The notes under the pieces are model-generated. The model saw nothing but the letters and a program-made list of their open reading frames with translations, had not been told where the DNA came from and made no database searches. A stretch of 47,189 nucleotides of DNA, from IMG/VR virus record IMGVR_UViG_646311924_000019; one strand, written 5' to 3'. Shown piece after piece: positions 29,625-38,505 of this stretch. This stretch comes from a virus (taxonomy: Duplodnaviria > Heunggongvirae > Uroviricota > Caudoviricetes). The translations under genes were made by a program, and so were the position numbers. Positions within the stretch are counted from its first letter, which is position 1. Each line of letters opens with the position of its first letter.

Positions 29625-30052
29625 AGGTGATTCTCCAGACGAAGACCCAGAACACCGGCAATCTCTTCCAGCACCTTGCGCTCTTCCGGCTCAATTTCGC
29701 CGTCTGCCTCCGCAATGGCCACCGCCACATCCAGCACATCTTCCGCTTCACGCGTATCGTGTTTCACATCCTCGATCTCACGTAACGCGGCACGACGACC
29801 AATTTTAAAATTGGTATCCAGCTGACCGATAATAGTTGCGCTAATCGCATTAATTTCCGAGGTAAACGCAGACAACGCAGGCTGATTACGTAAGACCTGT
29901 TCGATCTTCGCTTTCTCGGATGCCTCGCATTCACCATCTGCATAGGCCACCAGGTATGCAGCGTTAATCACCGCCTGTGCCAGATCGCGTTTCTCAAACT
30001 TTTTAATTTCCGCTGCCGCTCTGCGGGTTTTCTTTTTGAAGATTCCAAACAT
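29621..30052 (-). CDS. TerB-like (tellurite-resistance TerB family) protein
   Basis: 143-aa ORF with two ADGE...E...L motifs typical of TerB-family domains; ATG lies inside the IS66 target duplication. Confidence 0.65.
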   Translation of the reverse strand: MFGIFKKKTRRAAAEIKKFEKRDLAQAVINAAYLVAYADGECEASEKAKIEQVLRNQPALSAFTSEINAISATIIGQLDTNFKIGRRAALREIEDVKHDTREAEDVLDVAVAIAEADGEIEPEERKVLEEIAGVLGLRLENHL

Positions 30053-30139
30053 CGGTAAGCGTAAACTGACCGCCGTATGTAGCCATCAGACGAGAATTGG
30101 TAACTTAGACGCCCATCTGATATAGACGGACATCTAAGT

Positions 30140-30565
30140 ATGGAATTACAGGACTGGCGAAAAGAACCTCGTAAAAACTATTCGAATGAATTCAAACTTC
30201 GTATGGTGGAACTGGCATCACAACCTGGAGCTTGTGTTGCACAGATTGCACGTGAAAATGGCGTCAATGATAATGTTATTTTCAAATGGCTCAGGCTCTG
30301 GCAGAACGAAGGGCGTGTTTCGCGGCGTCTTCCGGTAACGACCTCTTCTGACACTGGCGTTGAATTATTACCTGTAGAAATAACGCCGGATGAGCAGAAA
30401 GAACCTGTGGCGGCCATTGCGCCGTCTTTATCCACTTCCACTCAGACCAGAGTCAGTGCCAGTTCCTGCAAGGTGGAATTCCGTCACGGTAACATGACGC
30501 TGGAAAATCCATCGCCAGAGCTGCTCACGGTGTTGATCCGTGAACTGACCGGGAGGGGAAGATGA
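30140..30565 (+). CDS. IS66-family accessory protein TnpA
   Basis: 141-aa ORF, first gene of the IS66 three-gene layout. Confidence 0.85.
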   Translation: MELQDWRKEPRKNYSNEFKLRMVELASQPGACVAQIARENGVNDNVIFKWLRLWQNEGRVSRRLPVTTSSDTGVELLPVEITPDEQKEPVAAIAPSLSTSTQTRVSASSCKVEFRHGNMTLENPSPELLTVLIRELTGRGR

Positions 30566-30912
30566 TCTCACTCCCATCAGGTACCCGTATCTGGCTCGTT
30601 GCCGGCGTTACCGATATGCGTAAATCCTTCAACGGACTGGGAGAACAGGTACAACATGTGCTGAATGATAATCCCTTCTCCGGTCACCTGTTTATCTTCC
30701 GTGGCCGACGGGGTGACACCGTCAAAATTCTTTGGGCTGATGCTGATGGTCTGTGCCTGTTCACCAAACGCCTGGAGGAAGGCCAGTTTATCTGGCCTGC
30801 GGTACGTGACGGCAAGGTATCCATTACCCGCTCGCAACTGGCAATGCTCCTCGATAAGCTGGACTGGCGTCAGCCAAAAACATCCAGCCGTAACTCACTG
30901 ACAATGTTGTAA
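30562..30912 (+). CDS. IS66-family protein TnpB (Orf2)
   Basis: 116-aa ORF overlapping tnpA stop. Confidence 0.85.
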   Translation: MISLPSGTRIWLVAGVTDMRKSFNGLGEQVQHVLNDNPFSGHLFIFRGRRGDTVKILWADADGLCLFTKRLEEGQFIWPAVRDGKVSITRSQLAMLLDKLDWRQPKTSSRNSLTML

Positions 30913-30942
30913 AAAACTCCTGACCGCATTATAAAAACGGTC

Positions 30943-32556
30943 ATGAGTCAGAAATACCTCATTCGCATCGCAGAGCTGGAAAGGTTGCTCTCTGAGCAGG
31001 CTGAAGCCCTCCGTCAGAAAGACCAGCAACTGAGTCTGGTTGAAGAGACGGAAGCCTTCCTGCGCTCTGCACTGACACGTGCCGAAGAAAAGATCGAAGA
31101 AGATGAACGGGAAATAGAACATCTGCGGGCTCAGATAGAAAAACTGCGCCGGATGCTGTTCGGTACCCGTTCTGAAAAACTGCGTCGTGAAGTTGAACTG
31201 GCTGAGGCTCTGCTGAAACAACGTGAACAGGACAGCGATCGTTACAGTGGGCGGGAAGACGATCCTCAGGTTCCCCGCCAGTTGCGACAGTCGCGCCATC
31301 GTCGTCCGTTACCGGCACACCTTCCCCGTGAAATACACCGCCTGGAGCCAGAAGAAAGCTGTTGCCCGGAGTGTGGCGGTGAGCTGGATTATCTGGGAGA
31401 AGTCAGCGCTGAACAGCTGGAACTGGTGAGCAGTGCCCTGAAAGTGATCCGCACAGAACGGGTAAAAAAAGCCTGTACAAAATGTGACTGTATTGTTGAA
31501 GCACCGGCGCCGTCCCGCCCGATAGAGCGTGGTATCGCGGGCCCCGGATTACTTGCCCGCGTGTTAACGGGAAAATACTGCGAACATCTGCCACTGTATC
31601 GTCAGAGTGAAATCTTTGCCCGCCAGGGTGTCGAACTGAGCCGGGCCTTACTCTCCAACTGGGTTGACGCGTGCTGCCAGTTAATGACACCGGTGAATGA
31701 TGCCCTGTACCGTTATGTGATGAATACCCGCAAGCTTCACACTGACGACACACCGGTAAAGGTACTGGCACCGGGCCTGAAAAAGACGAAAACAGGGCGC
31801 ATCTGGACGTATGTCCGGGATGATCGCAATGCGGGTTCGTCATCTCCTCCGGCGGTCTGGTTCGCGTACTCATCGAACCGGCAGGGGAAACACCCGGAGC
31901 AACACCTCCGCCCCTTCCGGGGTATCCTGCAGGCGGATGCGTTCACAGGTTATGACAGGCTGTTCAGTGCAGAACGTGAAGGTAGTGCGCTGACAGAAGT
32001 TGCGTGCTGGGCTCATGCCCGGAGAAAAATCCACGATGTATACATCAGCAGCAAAAGTGCGACGGCAGAAGAAGCCCTGAAGCGAATCAGTGAACTGTAC
32101 GCCATCGAGGATGAAATACGGGGATTACCAGAATCAGAGCGTCTTGCAGCCAGGCAGCAGCGAAGCAAAGCGTTACTGACGTCGCTGCATGAATGGATGG
32201 TGGAGAAGAATGGCACGCTGTCGAAAAAATCCAGACTGGGCGAAGCGTTCAGCTATGTACTGAATCAGTGGGACGCCCTCTGTTATTACAGTGATGACGG
32301 TCTGGCGGAGGTGGACAATAACACAGCGGAAAGAGCGCTTCGTGCAGTCTGTCTCGGAAAGAAAAATTACGTGTTCTTCGGTAGCGATCACGGCGGCGAG
32401 CGTGGAGCACTGCTGTACGGGCTGAGCGGCACCTGCCGTCTGAACGGTATCGATCCGGAAGCGTATCTGCGCCATATTCTGAGCGTACTGCCGGAATGGC
32501 CCTCCAACCGTGTTGACGAACTCCTGCCATGGAACGTAGTACTCACCAATAAATAA
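30943..32556 (+). CDS. IS66-family transposase TnpC
   Basis: 537-aa ORF with N-terminal leucine zipper, CCPECGG zinc-finger motif and DDE region. Confidence 0.9.
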   Translation: MSQKYLIRIAELERLLSEQAEALRQKDQQLSLVEETEAFLRSALTRAEEKIEEDEREIEHLRAQIEKLRRMLFGTRSEKLRREVELAEALLKQREQDSDRYSGREDDPQVPRQLRQSRHRRPLPAHLPREIHRLEPEESCCPECGGELDYLGEVSAEQLELVSSALKVIRTERVKKACTKCDCIVEAPAPSRPIERGIAGPGLLARVLTGKYCEHLPLYRQSEIFARQGVELSRALLSNWVDACCQLMTPVNDALYRYVMNTRKLHTDDTPVKVLAPGLKKTKTGRIWTYVRDDRNAGSSSPPAVWFAYSSNRQGKHPEQHLRPFRGILQADAFTGYDRLFSAEREGSALTEVACWAHARRKIHDVYISSKSATAEEALKRISELYAIEDEIRGLPESERLAARQQRSKALLTSLHEWMVEKNGTLSKKSRLGEAFSYVLNQWDALCYYSDDGLAEVDNNTAERALRAVCLGKKNYVFFGSDHGGERGALLYGLSGTCRLNGIDPEAYLRHILSVLPEWPSNRVDELLPWNVVLTNK

Positions 32557-32761
32557 GCGTCAATACGGTGCTCCGTTGACGCTTACAAACATCGTGACGT
32601 TCCTTTGGGTGGGTGAGCCAACGCCCGGGAGCGATCTGCCCACAGAGAAAGTCACACTGACCACTCCGTAAGCTCACCCCCGAAAGGCTCTGTGGTTGAT
32701 ATGCGCCGGGCGTGGCGCAGATACAAAAAAGGCCCGCCGAAGCGAGCCTGGAAAATAAGTG

Positions 32762-32838
32762 TGGCGCGTTGTAGTGGAGTCTAACCACTGACCGATTGCT
32801 TAGAAGGCAATTGCTCTGTCCGACTGAGCTAACAACGC
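32762..32838 (-). tRNA. tRNA-Arg (anticodon UCU)
   Basis: 77-nt cloverleaf folded by hand: acceptor GCGTTGT/ACAACGC, anticodon loop CTTCTAA, 3' CCA; unusual T-loop. Confidence 0.7.
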
Positions 32839-32851
32839 ATGATGCTGATAA

Positions 32852-32928
32852 TGGACCGCCATCGGGGACTTGAACCCCGCGCAGCCAGCTTCGAAGGCTG
32901 GCGCTCTGTCCCGATGAGCTAATAGCGG
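32852..32928 (-). tRNA. tRNA-Arg (anticodon UCG)
   Basis: 77-nt cloverleaf folded by hand: anticodon loop CTTCGAA, 3' CCA; acceptor stem begins with C1-G72, which is unusual. Confidence 0.6.
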
Positions 32929-32937
32929 TATGTAATA

Positions 32938-33013
32938 TGGTGGCCCTTGCTGGATTTGAACCAGCGACCTGGCGATTATGAGTCGCTCGCTCTCACCACT
33001 GAGCTAAAGGACC
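32938..33013 (-). tRNA. tRNA with CAU anticodon, Ile2-like (ileZ-type phage tRNA)
   Basis: 76 nt, closely resembles E. coli tRNA-Ile2 as recalled; anticodon loop CTCATAA, 3' CCA. Confidence 0.75.
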
Positions 33014-33041
33014 GAGCCAAAAAATAATAATCAGATGAAAA

Positions 33042-33755
33042 TCAATAATCAAGCCCTTGCCTGGATACATATCTGTCTGGCGGGAAGCCATAATAGCGGT
33101 GAAATACAGAAATAAAGTAGGACCTGCTTGAATAACCGCATTTTTCTGCTATAGCCTGTCCATATCCATGCCGGGAACATAACATATTTACAGCAACACG
33201 CATCCGCTCTTCCAGCAACAAGCGACTGAACATGCCCCCTTCATTTTTCAGTTTTGTCTTTAACAAACTCTCACTCATATGCAACTGTAGAGCAATCGCA
33301 CCAAGCGTCCAGCTTGCTGATATATCTGTCTGAATTATCGCCCTGACTTTGGCACTTATGCTGGATAAACATCCACTTAAAAACAATGACATCCGTTCAT
33401 CTGTTTCAAACAGAGACAGGCAGGCCATCATAAGAAACATATCCGTGACCTCTCCGGAAAATCCCTGGCTGGTAATTAAAGCCGCAGCCAACGCAGGATT
33501 GTTGGGTTCCAGCAACAGGTAAAGCGGAATGTCAGTCAGACGAGTCCTCGTCAGCTTATGCTGACTTTCCAGATATTGACTTACGACGGATTCGCTTATA
33601 TCGACAATTTTAACTTTGCCATAATGCATAAGGAAAAGCTCCCTGATGCATTTGGTGGCCAGAACGACTGAGCCTGGCTTAAGTGACAACGTATCCTTTT
33701 CAAGAAAAATATTAATTGGGGAGCAAACCATGATAACTGAACAGACAACAGCCAT
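33042..33755 (-). CDS. AraC/XylS-family transcriptional regulator (prophage-encoded)
   Basis: 237-aa ORF with C-terminal double helix-turn-helix typical of AraC-family proteins. Confidence 0.8.
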   Translation of the reverse strand: MAVVCSVIMVCSPINIFLEKDTLSLKPGSVVLATKCIRELFLMHYGKVKIVDISESVVSQYLESQHKLTRTRLTDIPLYLLLEPNNPALAAALITSQGFSGEVTDMFLMMACLSLFETDERMSLFLSGCLSSISAKVRAIIQTDISASWTLGAIALQLHMSESLLKTKLKNEGGMFSRLLLEERMRVAVNMLCSRHGYGQAIAEKCGYSSRSYFISVFHRYYGFPPDRYVSRQGLDY

Positions 33756-33876
33756 TATAATTTTACTTTCATTAGCAATTGGTTAGCTCAATTATAGCCC
33801 CAAAAGGTAAATTATCATCAACACATAAGCAAAGGACTGACAGGTGTCGCCCCCCCACCAGCCGCCCATTCACCAC

Positions 33877-33903
33877 AAATAAAAAGCCTTCAGGACTGAA
33901 GGC
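33877..33903 (-). terminator. Intrinsic terminator overlapping the stop of the small HTH gene
   Basis: Hairpin gccttcag/ctgaaggc followed by a T-run on the minus strand. Confidence 0.5.
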
Positions 33904-34087
33904 GTCTGTAACAACCGCACTGATAGTCTGCCAGACCCGCCATAACAAGCTGGGTCAGTATTAACTGGCAGCGTTCGCGTGAAAGGTAAGTATTCTGCGC
34001 AATCTCCCCGACTGTCGCCGGTTCGGTAACGCTTAATTCATTAAACACCACTCTGGCGGTTTCTGTCATATCCTGCTGTTTTAGCAT
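33890..34087 (-). CDS. Small putative DNA-binding protein (helix-turn-helix)
   Basis: 65-aa ORF with ATG start; HTH-like segment ATVGEIAQNTYLSRERCQLIL; own terminator directly after the stop. Confidence 0.5.
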   Translation of the reverse strand: MLKQQDMTETARVVFNELSVTEPATVGEIAQNTYLSRERCQLILTQLVMAGLADYQCGCYRRLQS

Positions 34088-34209
34088 GTCTTTTTTCCCT
34101 TTTGGTTAACGTGACATACCAATAACTCTTGTCCAAAAAGCCAGCAAGCAGAAAGACCGGTATTCGCAACCACCAGCGCATTTAACGCCCCGTGCCGTTT
34201 TTCAGTCAT

Positions 34210-34238
34210 AAAAAAACCCGCAAAAAGCGGGCTCTTTC
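34210..34238 (-). terminator. Strong intrinsic terminator about 100 nt downstream of the Q-like gene (tR'-like)
   Basis: Hairpin gcccgc/gcgggt with TTTTT loop followed by 7 T on the minus strand. Confidence 0.6.
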
Positions 34239-34310
34239 AAATGTCCATGTCTGCTATTCGCCTCGCGGTACAGCTTTGCGAAGCGTACCGGAATTGAAGC
34301 AGTTTTTACG

Positions 34311-34877
34311 TCAAAAAGCAATAACTTTTTTATCTATACCAAAAGCCATAACCATTGGTTTGTACAAAATAAATTCTGCCACCTTTAGCCAATGCTCAAT
34401 GCGTCTTTCACAGGTTCTTAAACTCCATTCCGGATGTGCATCATTCAGCAGTTCAGCCATTTTGCGCTTAGTCATCCCCCGCCCCACATAACGCTGACTC
34501 AGAACATTGAGCAGCCCGGGATAACCTGCCAGTACTTCACCAATAACCCTGTCGATTATTAACGCCTCTGAATCGGTACAATGTGCCAGCCAGCTTTTTT
34601 GATTGCCGTTGATCATATCCCGCAAAAAAGCCTCAAGTTCAGGTTTGTCCAGACCCGCTTTTTTCATCCTCCGGAGCGCCTCGTTAATTGCCGTTTTTGT
34701 CAGCTTTTTAGAGGTCAGTAATTGGTTGAACATATTTCCCGTCTTACCGTCGCCAATATACGACCAACGCCCCCACATACGCAGTTTCCCCTGGATCCAG
34801 ACACTTTCCAGCGTTTTCAGGCGTAAATGCTCACCGCTTTTGCCTGTAATTTCCGGGTATATCATATTTATGCTCAC
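34311..34877 (-). CDS. Late-gene antitermination protein Q-like
   Basis: Positioned directly after rusA and before a short-transcript terminator; WGRW motif reminiscent of Q-family proteins; likely true start is the ATG at about 34865. Confidence 0.5.
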   Translation of the reverse strand: MSINMIYPEITGKSGEHLRLKTLESVWIQGKLRMWGRWSYIGDGKTGNMFNQLLTSKKLTKTAINEALRRMKKAGLDKPELEAFLRDMINGNQKSWLAHCTDSEALIIDRVIGEVLAGYPGLLNVLSQRYVGRGMTKRKMAELLNDAHPEWSLRTCERRIEHWLKVAEFILYKPMVMAFGIDKKVIAF

Positions 34878-35233
34878 TCACTTTCAATTTTGTAAATCTT
34901 CACGCCCAGCCGCCCACCAGAAACGAGCTGGCCGCGCACAATATTGATTTCATCAAACTGCTCGTCGTCTATGAGAAGTCCGGCATGCGTCAGCGCATCC
35001 AGTGGTGCTTTCAGGATATTGTCCAGGTCACGACGGCGCTTATCCGGTGGCTCTGCAATAATCTTTATCGCCAGCCTTCCGGACAGGTTTAATTTCAGCC
35101 GCTGCTGGCGAACAATAAGTGCCACATCCCGGCGATAACGCTCACCGGCTTTTGATACAAAATATGTGCTGCCACGACGTCGCCAGTAGGTGTTCACCGT
35201 CGGCGGGTAAGGCAAAACAAACTCTATACGCAT
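34874..35233 (-). CDS. rusA: Holliday junction resolvase RusA
   Basis: 119-aa ORF matching RusA (PPTVNTYWRR..., RRRDLDN catalytic region). Confidence 0.9.
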   Translation of the reverse strand: MRIEFVLPYPPTVNTYWRRRGSTYFVSKAGERYRRDVALIVRQQRLKLNLSGRLAIKIIAEPPDKRRRDLDNILKAPLDALTHAGLLIDDEQFDEINIVRGQLVSGGRLGVKIYKIESE

Positions 35234-35245
35234 CAGTAACCTCTT

Positions 35246-36349
35246 TTACCCGAGCACGCCGGTTGCAAAGGCGTGATCAAGAAAACGAAAAATTAAATCA
35301 ACCTGGGAACCATGCTTTTCTTCGAACGCCAGCGGATCCGCATGAAGCTCGTTGTGATGCTCCCGACACAGCGGTAGCGTGAAAATATCGTGGGATTTTG
35401 TTCCCATTCCGCCCTGACCATGACCAATCAGATGATGAGGATCGTCCGCTGGCTTACCACAACACGCACACGGCTGTGTCTTTACCCAGCGTGTGTATTT
35501 CTCATTTACCCAGCGGCGACGTTTAGGTCGTTTCATGAAGGATTCCGGAGACTCCGGATCAACGGCAATGCTGACCACCGTCTTTTCCTGTGGTGGGTTC
35601 TGTTGCTGGTGGGTGTGAGGCGGTAGCGCAATATTTTTTGTGCGCTGCTTCAGTATGCTGGTGGCGGTCTGTTCTCCCGGTATGATGTCGCTTTCACGGT
35701 ATACGGAGCGGATTTTTTCCGCCGGTAATCCCAGAGAGCGACGCGATACTGCCTCAGGTAATGCGTCCACCACCTGATTGCAGACTGCCCACCAGGATAA
35801 TTCAGCCAGCGATAATTCCCGCTCCTGCGTGCCATTCATTACATGGCGTATGACGTCAATCATCCAGGCTGTCAGATTTTGTTGAGTAAGTTGCTCAAGT
35901 GATTCGGAGGTCTGGTCGCGCAGCTGGTTGTCGCAGTGCCAGCACAACACCATTGCGCCAGCACCGTAACTGTGAATAACGGTTTCGCTGTGATGATAAT
36001 CGCCGTGTGGCCACTGGCAGGATTTCACGTGACGTAATAACCAGTCAGACAGTGCACCAGCGCCGCCAGCTGCACGAATCACCCGCTCATCGCTGAAAAA
36101 TGGCAGCAGTGATTTATCTTCCGCCAGCGGCTGGCGAACAGCAGGAACCGCTCCAGATGGCAGCGCCCGCATGTTTTTCGGTTCCGGCTCCACCAGCACC
36201 CTGCCGCGATGAAAAACTGGCAATGATTCACGACCGGGCTTAAGGACCACCAGCCCGAGTTCCGGAACCAGAACAGGTCGAAGTAATACCCGCACATTAC
36301 CTCCAGACGCGCTGACGGTAGCAGGCATGTGTCCGTGGCAGATGTGCAC
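35246..36349 (-). CDS. DUF968-like protein with C-terminal HNH-type zinc-finger motif
   Basis: C-terminal CACCGK...HHLIGHG...CREHHNELH pattern; track start is GTG, ATG candidates at about 36328 and 36172. Confidence 0.6.
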   Translation of the reverse strand: MHICHGHMPATVSASGGNVRVLLRPVLVPELGLVVLKPGRESLPVFHRGRVLVEPEPKNMRALPSGAVPAVRQPLAEDKSLLPFFSDERVIRAAGGAGALSDWLLRHVKSCQWPHGDYHHSETVIHSYGAGAMVLCWHCDNQLRDQTSESLEQLTQQNLTAWMIDVIRHVMNGTQERELSLAELSWWAVCNQVVDALPEAVSRRSLGLPAEKIRSVYRESDIIPGEQTATSILKQRTKNIALPPHTHQQQNPPQEKTVVSIAVDPESPESFMKRPKRRRWVNEKYTRWVKTQPCACCGKPADDPHHLIGHGQGGMGTKSHDIFTLPLCREHHNELHADPLAFEEKHGSQVDLIFRFLDHAFATGVLG

Positions 36350-36569
36350 GAACAGGAAGATATACAGAAACGGTCCAGGTCAGACGATCAGCGTTCAGAC
36401 TCCGCTCCACACGGACACCGCGACGCAGATACGCCTCTTGAAGCATATCTGCCTCATCGATCGTACAGAACAGATAGTGAAACCAGCCATACTGAGGCGC
36501 ACGAAAACGCCTCCCCTGCTTAATTTCCGGGTCGGCTTCAGAATTGTGGGATTTTATGTGTTGTGTCAT
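36297..36569 (-). CDS. Hypothetical protein
   Basis: 90-aa ORF with ATG start and GGAG Shine-Dalgarno. Confidence 0.45.
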   Translation of the reverse strand: MTQHIKSHNSEADPEIKQGRRFRAPQYGWFHYLFCTIDEADMLQEAYLRRGVRVERSLNADRLTWTVSVYLPVRAHLPRTHACYRQRVWR

Positions 36570-36647
36570 CGGATTCTCCGGTGACAGCAGGTGTCAGTTG
36601 TTCAGGCTGACTGCGCGAATTGTAAGGCAATACGCCGGAATGTACAA

Positions 36648-36673
36648 ACAGAAAACCCGTCAGTAAGACGGGC
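36648..36673 (-). terminator. Intrinsic terminator downstream of the YgiW-like gene
   Basis: Hairpin cccgtc/gacggg followed by a T-rich run on the minus strand. Confidence 0.5.
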
Positions 36674-36690
36674 TTAACAAGCAGGGGCGG

Positions 36691-37035
36691 TTACTTTAAT
36701 AATTTCAGTGCCTTTACATCAACTTCAACACTGCTCAGGTCTTTATCAATTTCACCCTCAATTCTTACTTTGTCTTTCGGAGAAACATTCTGCCCGGCCC
36801 ATACGCTGTCATCAATATCCGTGACAATTGTCCCGCTATTGTCACGAAACTCATAACGTTCATCACCCACTTTTTTAACGATGCTCCCTTCAAGGATAAC
36901 CCATGCATCATCCTTCAGTTCTTTTGCCTGCGCTACTGTTGAACGCTCTGCTTCTGGCCCCTGGAAACCACCCTGCTGTGCAAAAGCGCCAAAAGACACA
37001 CCGGAAATAAGTGCTGCAATCAATACCTTTTTCAT
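36691..37035 (-). CDS. YgiW/YdeI-family periplasmic OB-fold protein
   Basis: 114-aa ORF with signal peptide, close to E. coli YgiW as recalled; AGAGGA Shine-Dalgarno. Confidence 0.8.
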   Translation of the reverse strand: MKKVLIAALISGVSFGAFAQQGGFQGPEAERSTVAQAKELKDDAWVILEGSIVKKVGDERYEFRDNSGTIVTDIDDSVWAGQNVSPKDKVRIEGEIDKDLSSVEVDVKALKLLK

Positions 37036-37154
37036 TCATAGTCCTCTTTCAGAGATGAACATTCAAACAGCATTTTCAGTATGGTAAAGCGCGGGTGCGT
37101 TGAGGATGCCTGACACATCAGAGGTGGCGGGAGATTACTCCCCCGCCTGGTCTC

Positions 37155-37310
37155 TTACTTCTCAGATTCGTAGTCTACGAAGACAGCGACCTCCGTCTGA
37201 CCGGTTCGGATTCGCACCTCGCAGAGGTCTTTCCTCGTTACCAGTGCCGTCACTATGACGGTTAAACAGATGACGATCAGGGCGATTAACATCGCCTTTT
37301 GCTGCTTCAT
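37155..37310 (-). CDS. hok: Hok/Gef-family type I toxin (HokD/RelF-like)
   Basis: 51 aa MKQQKAMLIALIVICLTVIVTALVTRKDLCEVRIRTGQTEVAVF...; the track ORF 37155-37367 is an in-frame upstream extension. Confidence 0.85.
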   Translation of the reverse strand: MKQQKAMLIALIVICLTVIVTALVTRKDLCEVRIRTGQTEVAVFVDYESEK

Positions 37311-37600
37311 AGCCTGCTTCTCCTTGCCTTTCGGCACGTAAGAGGCTAACCTACATGTGTTCAGCATGGATTGAGCCTCAGATTAATGTTAAGCGTCTTG
37401 CAGGACGCGTAATGTTAACTGGGGCTTTTCTCTATCTGCCGTTGGTGTTCATGCCCGAGGCAGATAGCCTCAAGCACCCGCTGCAATTCTACTTAACTAT
37501 CCTTTTCCCGCAAACCGTTTTTATCCCCAGCGGCAAATCGAATACTCCACCAGCGCCACCGCCATCGCAATTCCTACCGTTGTGAATGCTTCAGGCCAGG

Positions 37601-38158
37601 TCATTGATTCACCTCCTGCGGCGGTTCTGGTAGCGACATCCAGTGGGTTGCTTGCCTAAGATCATTACCCGGACTAACTGCTATACCTCCGCGCCGGAAC
37701 GTGCCTCCGAGATAGCGTGCGGAATATATTAATGGCCCAGCCTCGCTATCGATATTCATCGAAATAAGCACGTTCTGGCTCTTTTCAGGCATTCGCTCAG
37801 TACAGCTTATCCAGCCATCCAGAGTTATCGGAGATCTGGTTGACGTTTCCGAGATTTCCCGAAAATTGTTGGTTGACGAATTCTTATTTTCCCGAAAGTT
37901 TCCGGCCTGAAGCATGGCGACGCGGCAGGCGTTCCAGCCATCAGCATATGTTTTAGTTACACCGTCGAGATGGCAGGTAAGCAAATCCATTTCATCAGGC
38001 ACTACCATTGCTATCGGCTCTGCTTCCAGTGATGCCAGCGCGATACGAAACACATTAGCCAGCAGGCTGTCTGAAGACTTGTTATCGTGCGCCGAGTCGC
38101 TCAGGAAGCCTGTGATGTATGATTTAATCTCCGCGCGTTCTCTGGTAATAGTGCTCAT
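37601..38158 (-). CDS. DUF551-like protein
   Basis: 185-aa ORF with C-terminal W...ERMPE...HWMSLPEPP pattern recalled for DUF551 proteins. Confidence 0.55.
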   Translation of the reverse strand: MSTITRERAEIKSYITGFLSDSAHDNKSSDSLLANVFRIALASLEAEPIAMVVPDEMDLLTCHLDGVTKTYADGWNACRVAMLQAGNFRENKNSSTNNFREISETSTRSPITLDGWISCTERMPEKSQNVLISMNIDSEAGPLIYSARYLGGTFRRGGIAVSPGNDLRQATHWMSLPEPPQEVNQ

Positions 38159-38159
38159 A

Positions 38160-38378
38160 TCAGTTTTCCTTATACGGATTAATTTTATTGTGCAGTGCGC
38201 TGAATGATTCCCATGTCACATCGGTATATAGCTCAATAACTGGTTCAAATGTCCTTCCAATTATCCAGACCAGTAATAGCGGGGATATCGGTATCATCAA
38301 CACTATAAACAGAATGAAAAACAGAAACTCTGTTGTTCTGCTCTTTCGTGGGTAATTTTTTTCTAAATAATGTTTCAT
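38160..38378 (-). CDS. Small membrane protein
   Basis: 72-aa ORF with one strongly hydrophobic helix; ATG start. Confidence 0.4.
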   Translation of the reverse strand: MKHYLEKNYPRKSRTTEFLFFILFIVLMIPISPLLLVWIIGRTFEPVIELYTDVTWESFSALHNKINPYKEN

Positions 38379-38505
38379 TTCTTACCGCCCTTTCGGGCGG
38401 CCTCCTGATGTTCTGAGGGTGCAGGAATCCCTCCGGTTAAGGATTTAATAAAAATCGTTTCTGATTTAAATCTTCAGTATTTAGTTGTTAGTTGGTTTAT
38501 CGCCT

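Larger units (their letters stand above)
30055..32576 (+). mobile_element. IS66-family insertion sequence (about 2.5 kb) with 8-bp target-site duplication
   Basis: Imperfect terminal inverted repeats beginning GTAAGCGT at both ends; direct repeat AAACATCG at about 30047-30054 and 32577-32584; three-ORF IS66 layout. Confidence 0.85.

Noticed and set aside
32543-32788. Minus-strand 81-aa ORF
   Set aside because: Spans the IS66 end, the target duplication and part of a tRNA gene; an artefact of the junction.
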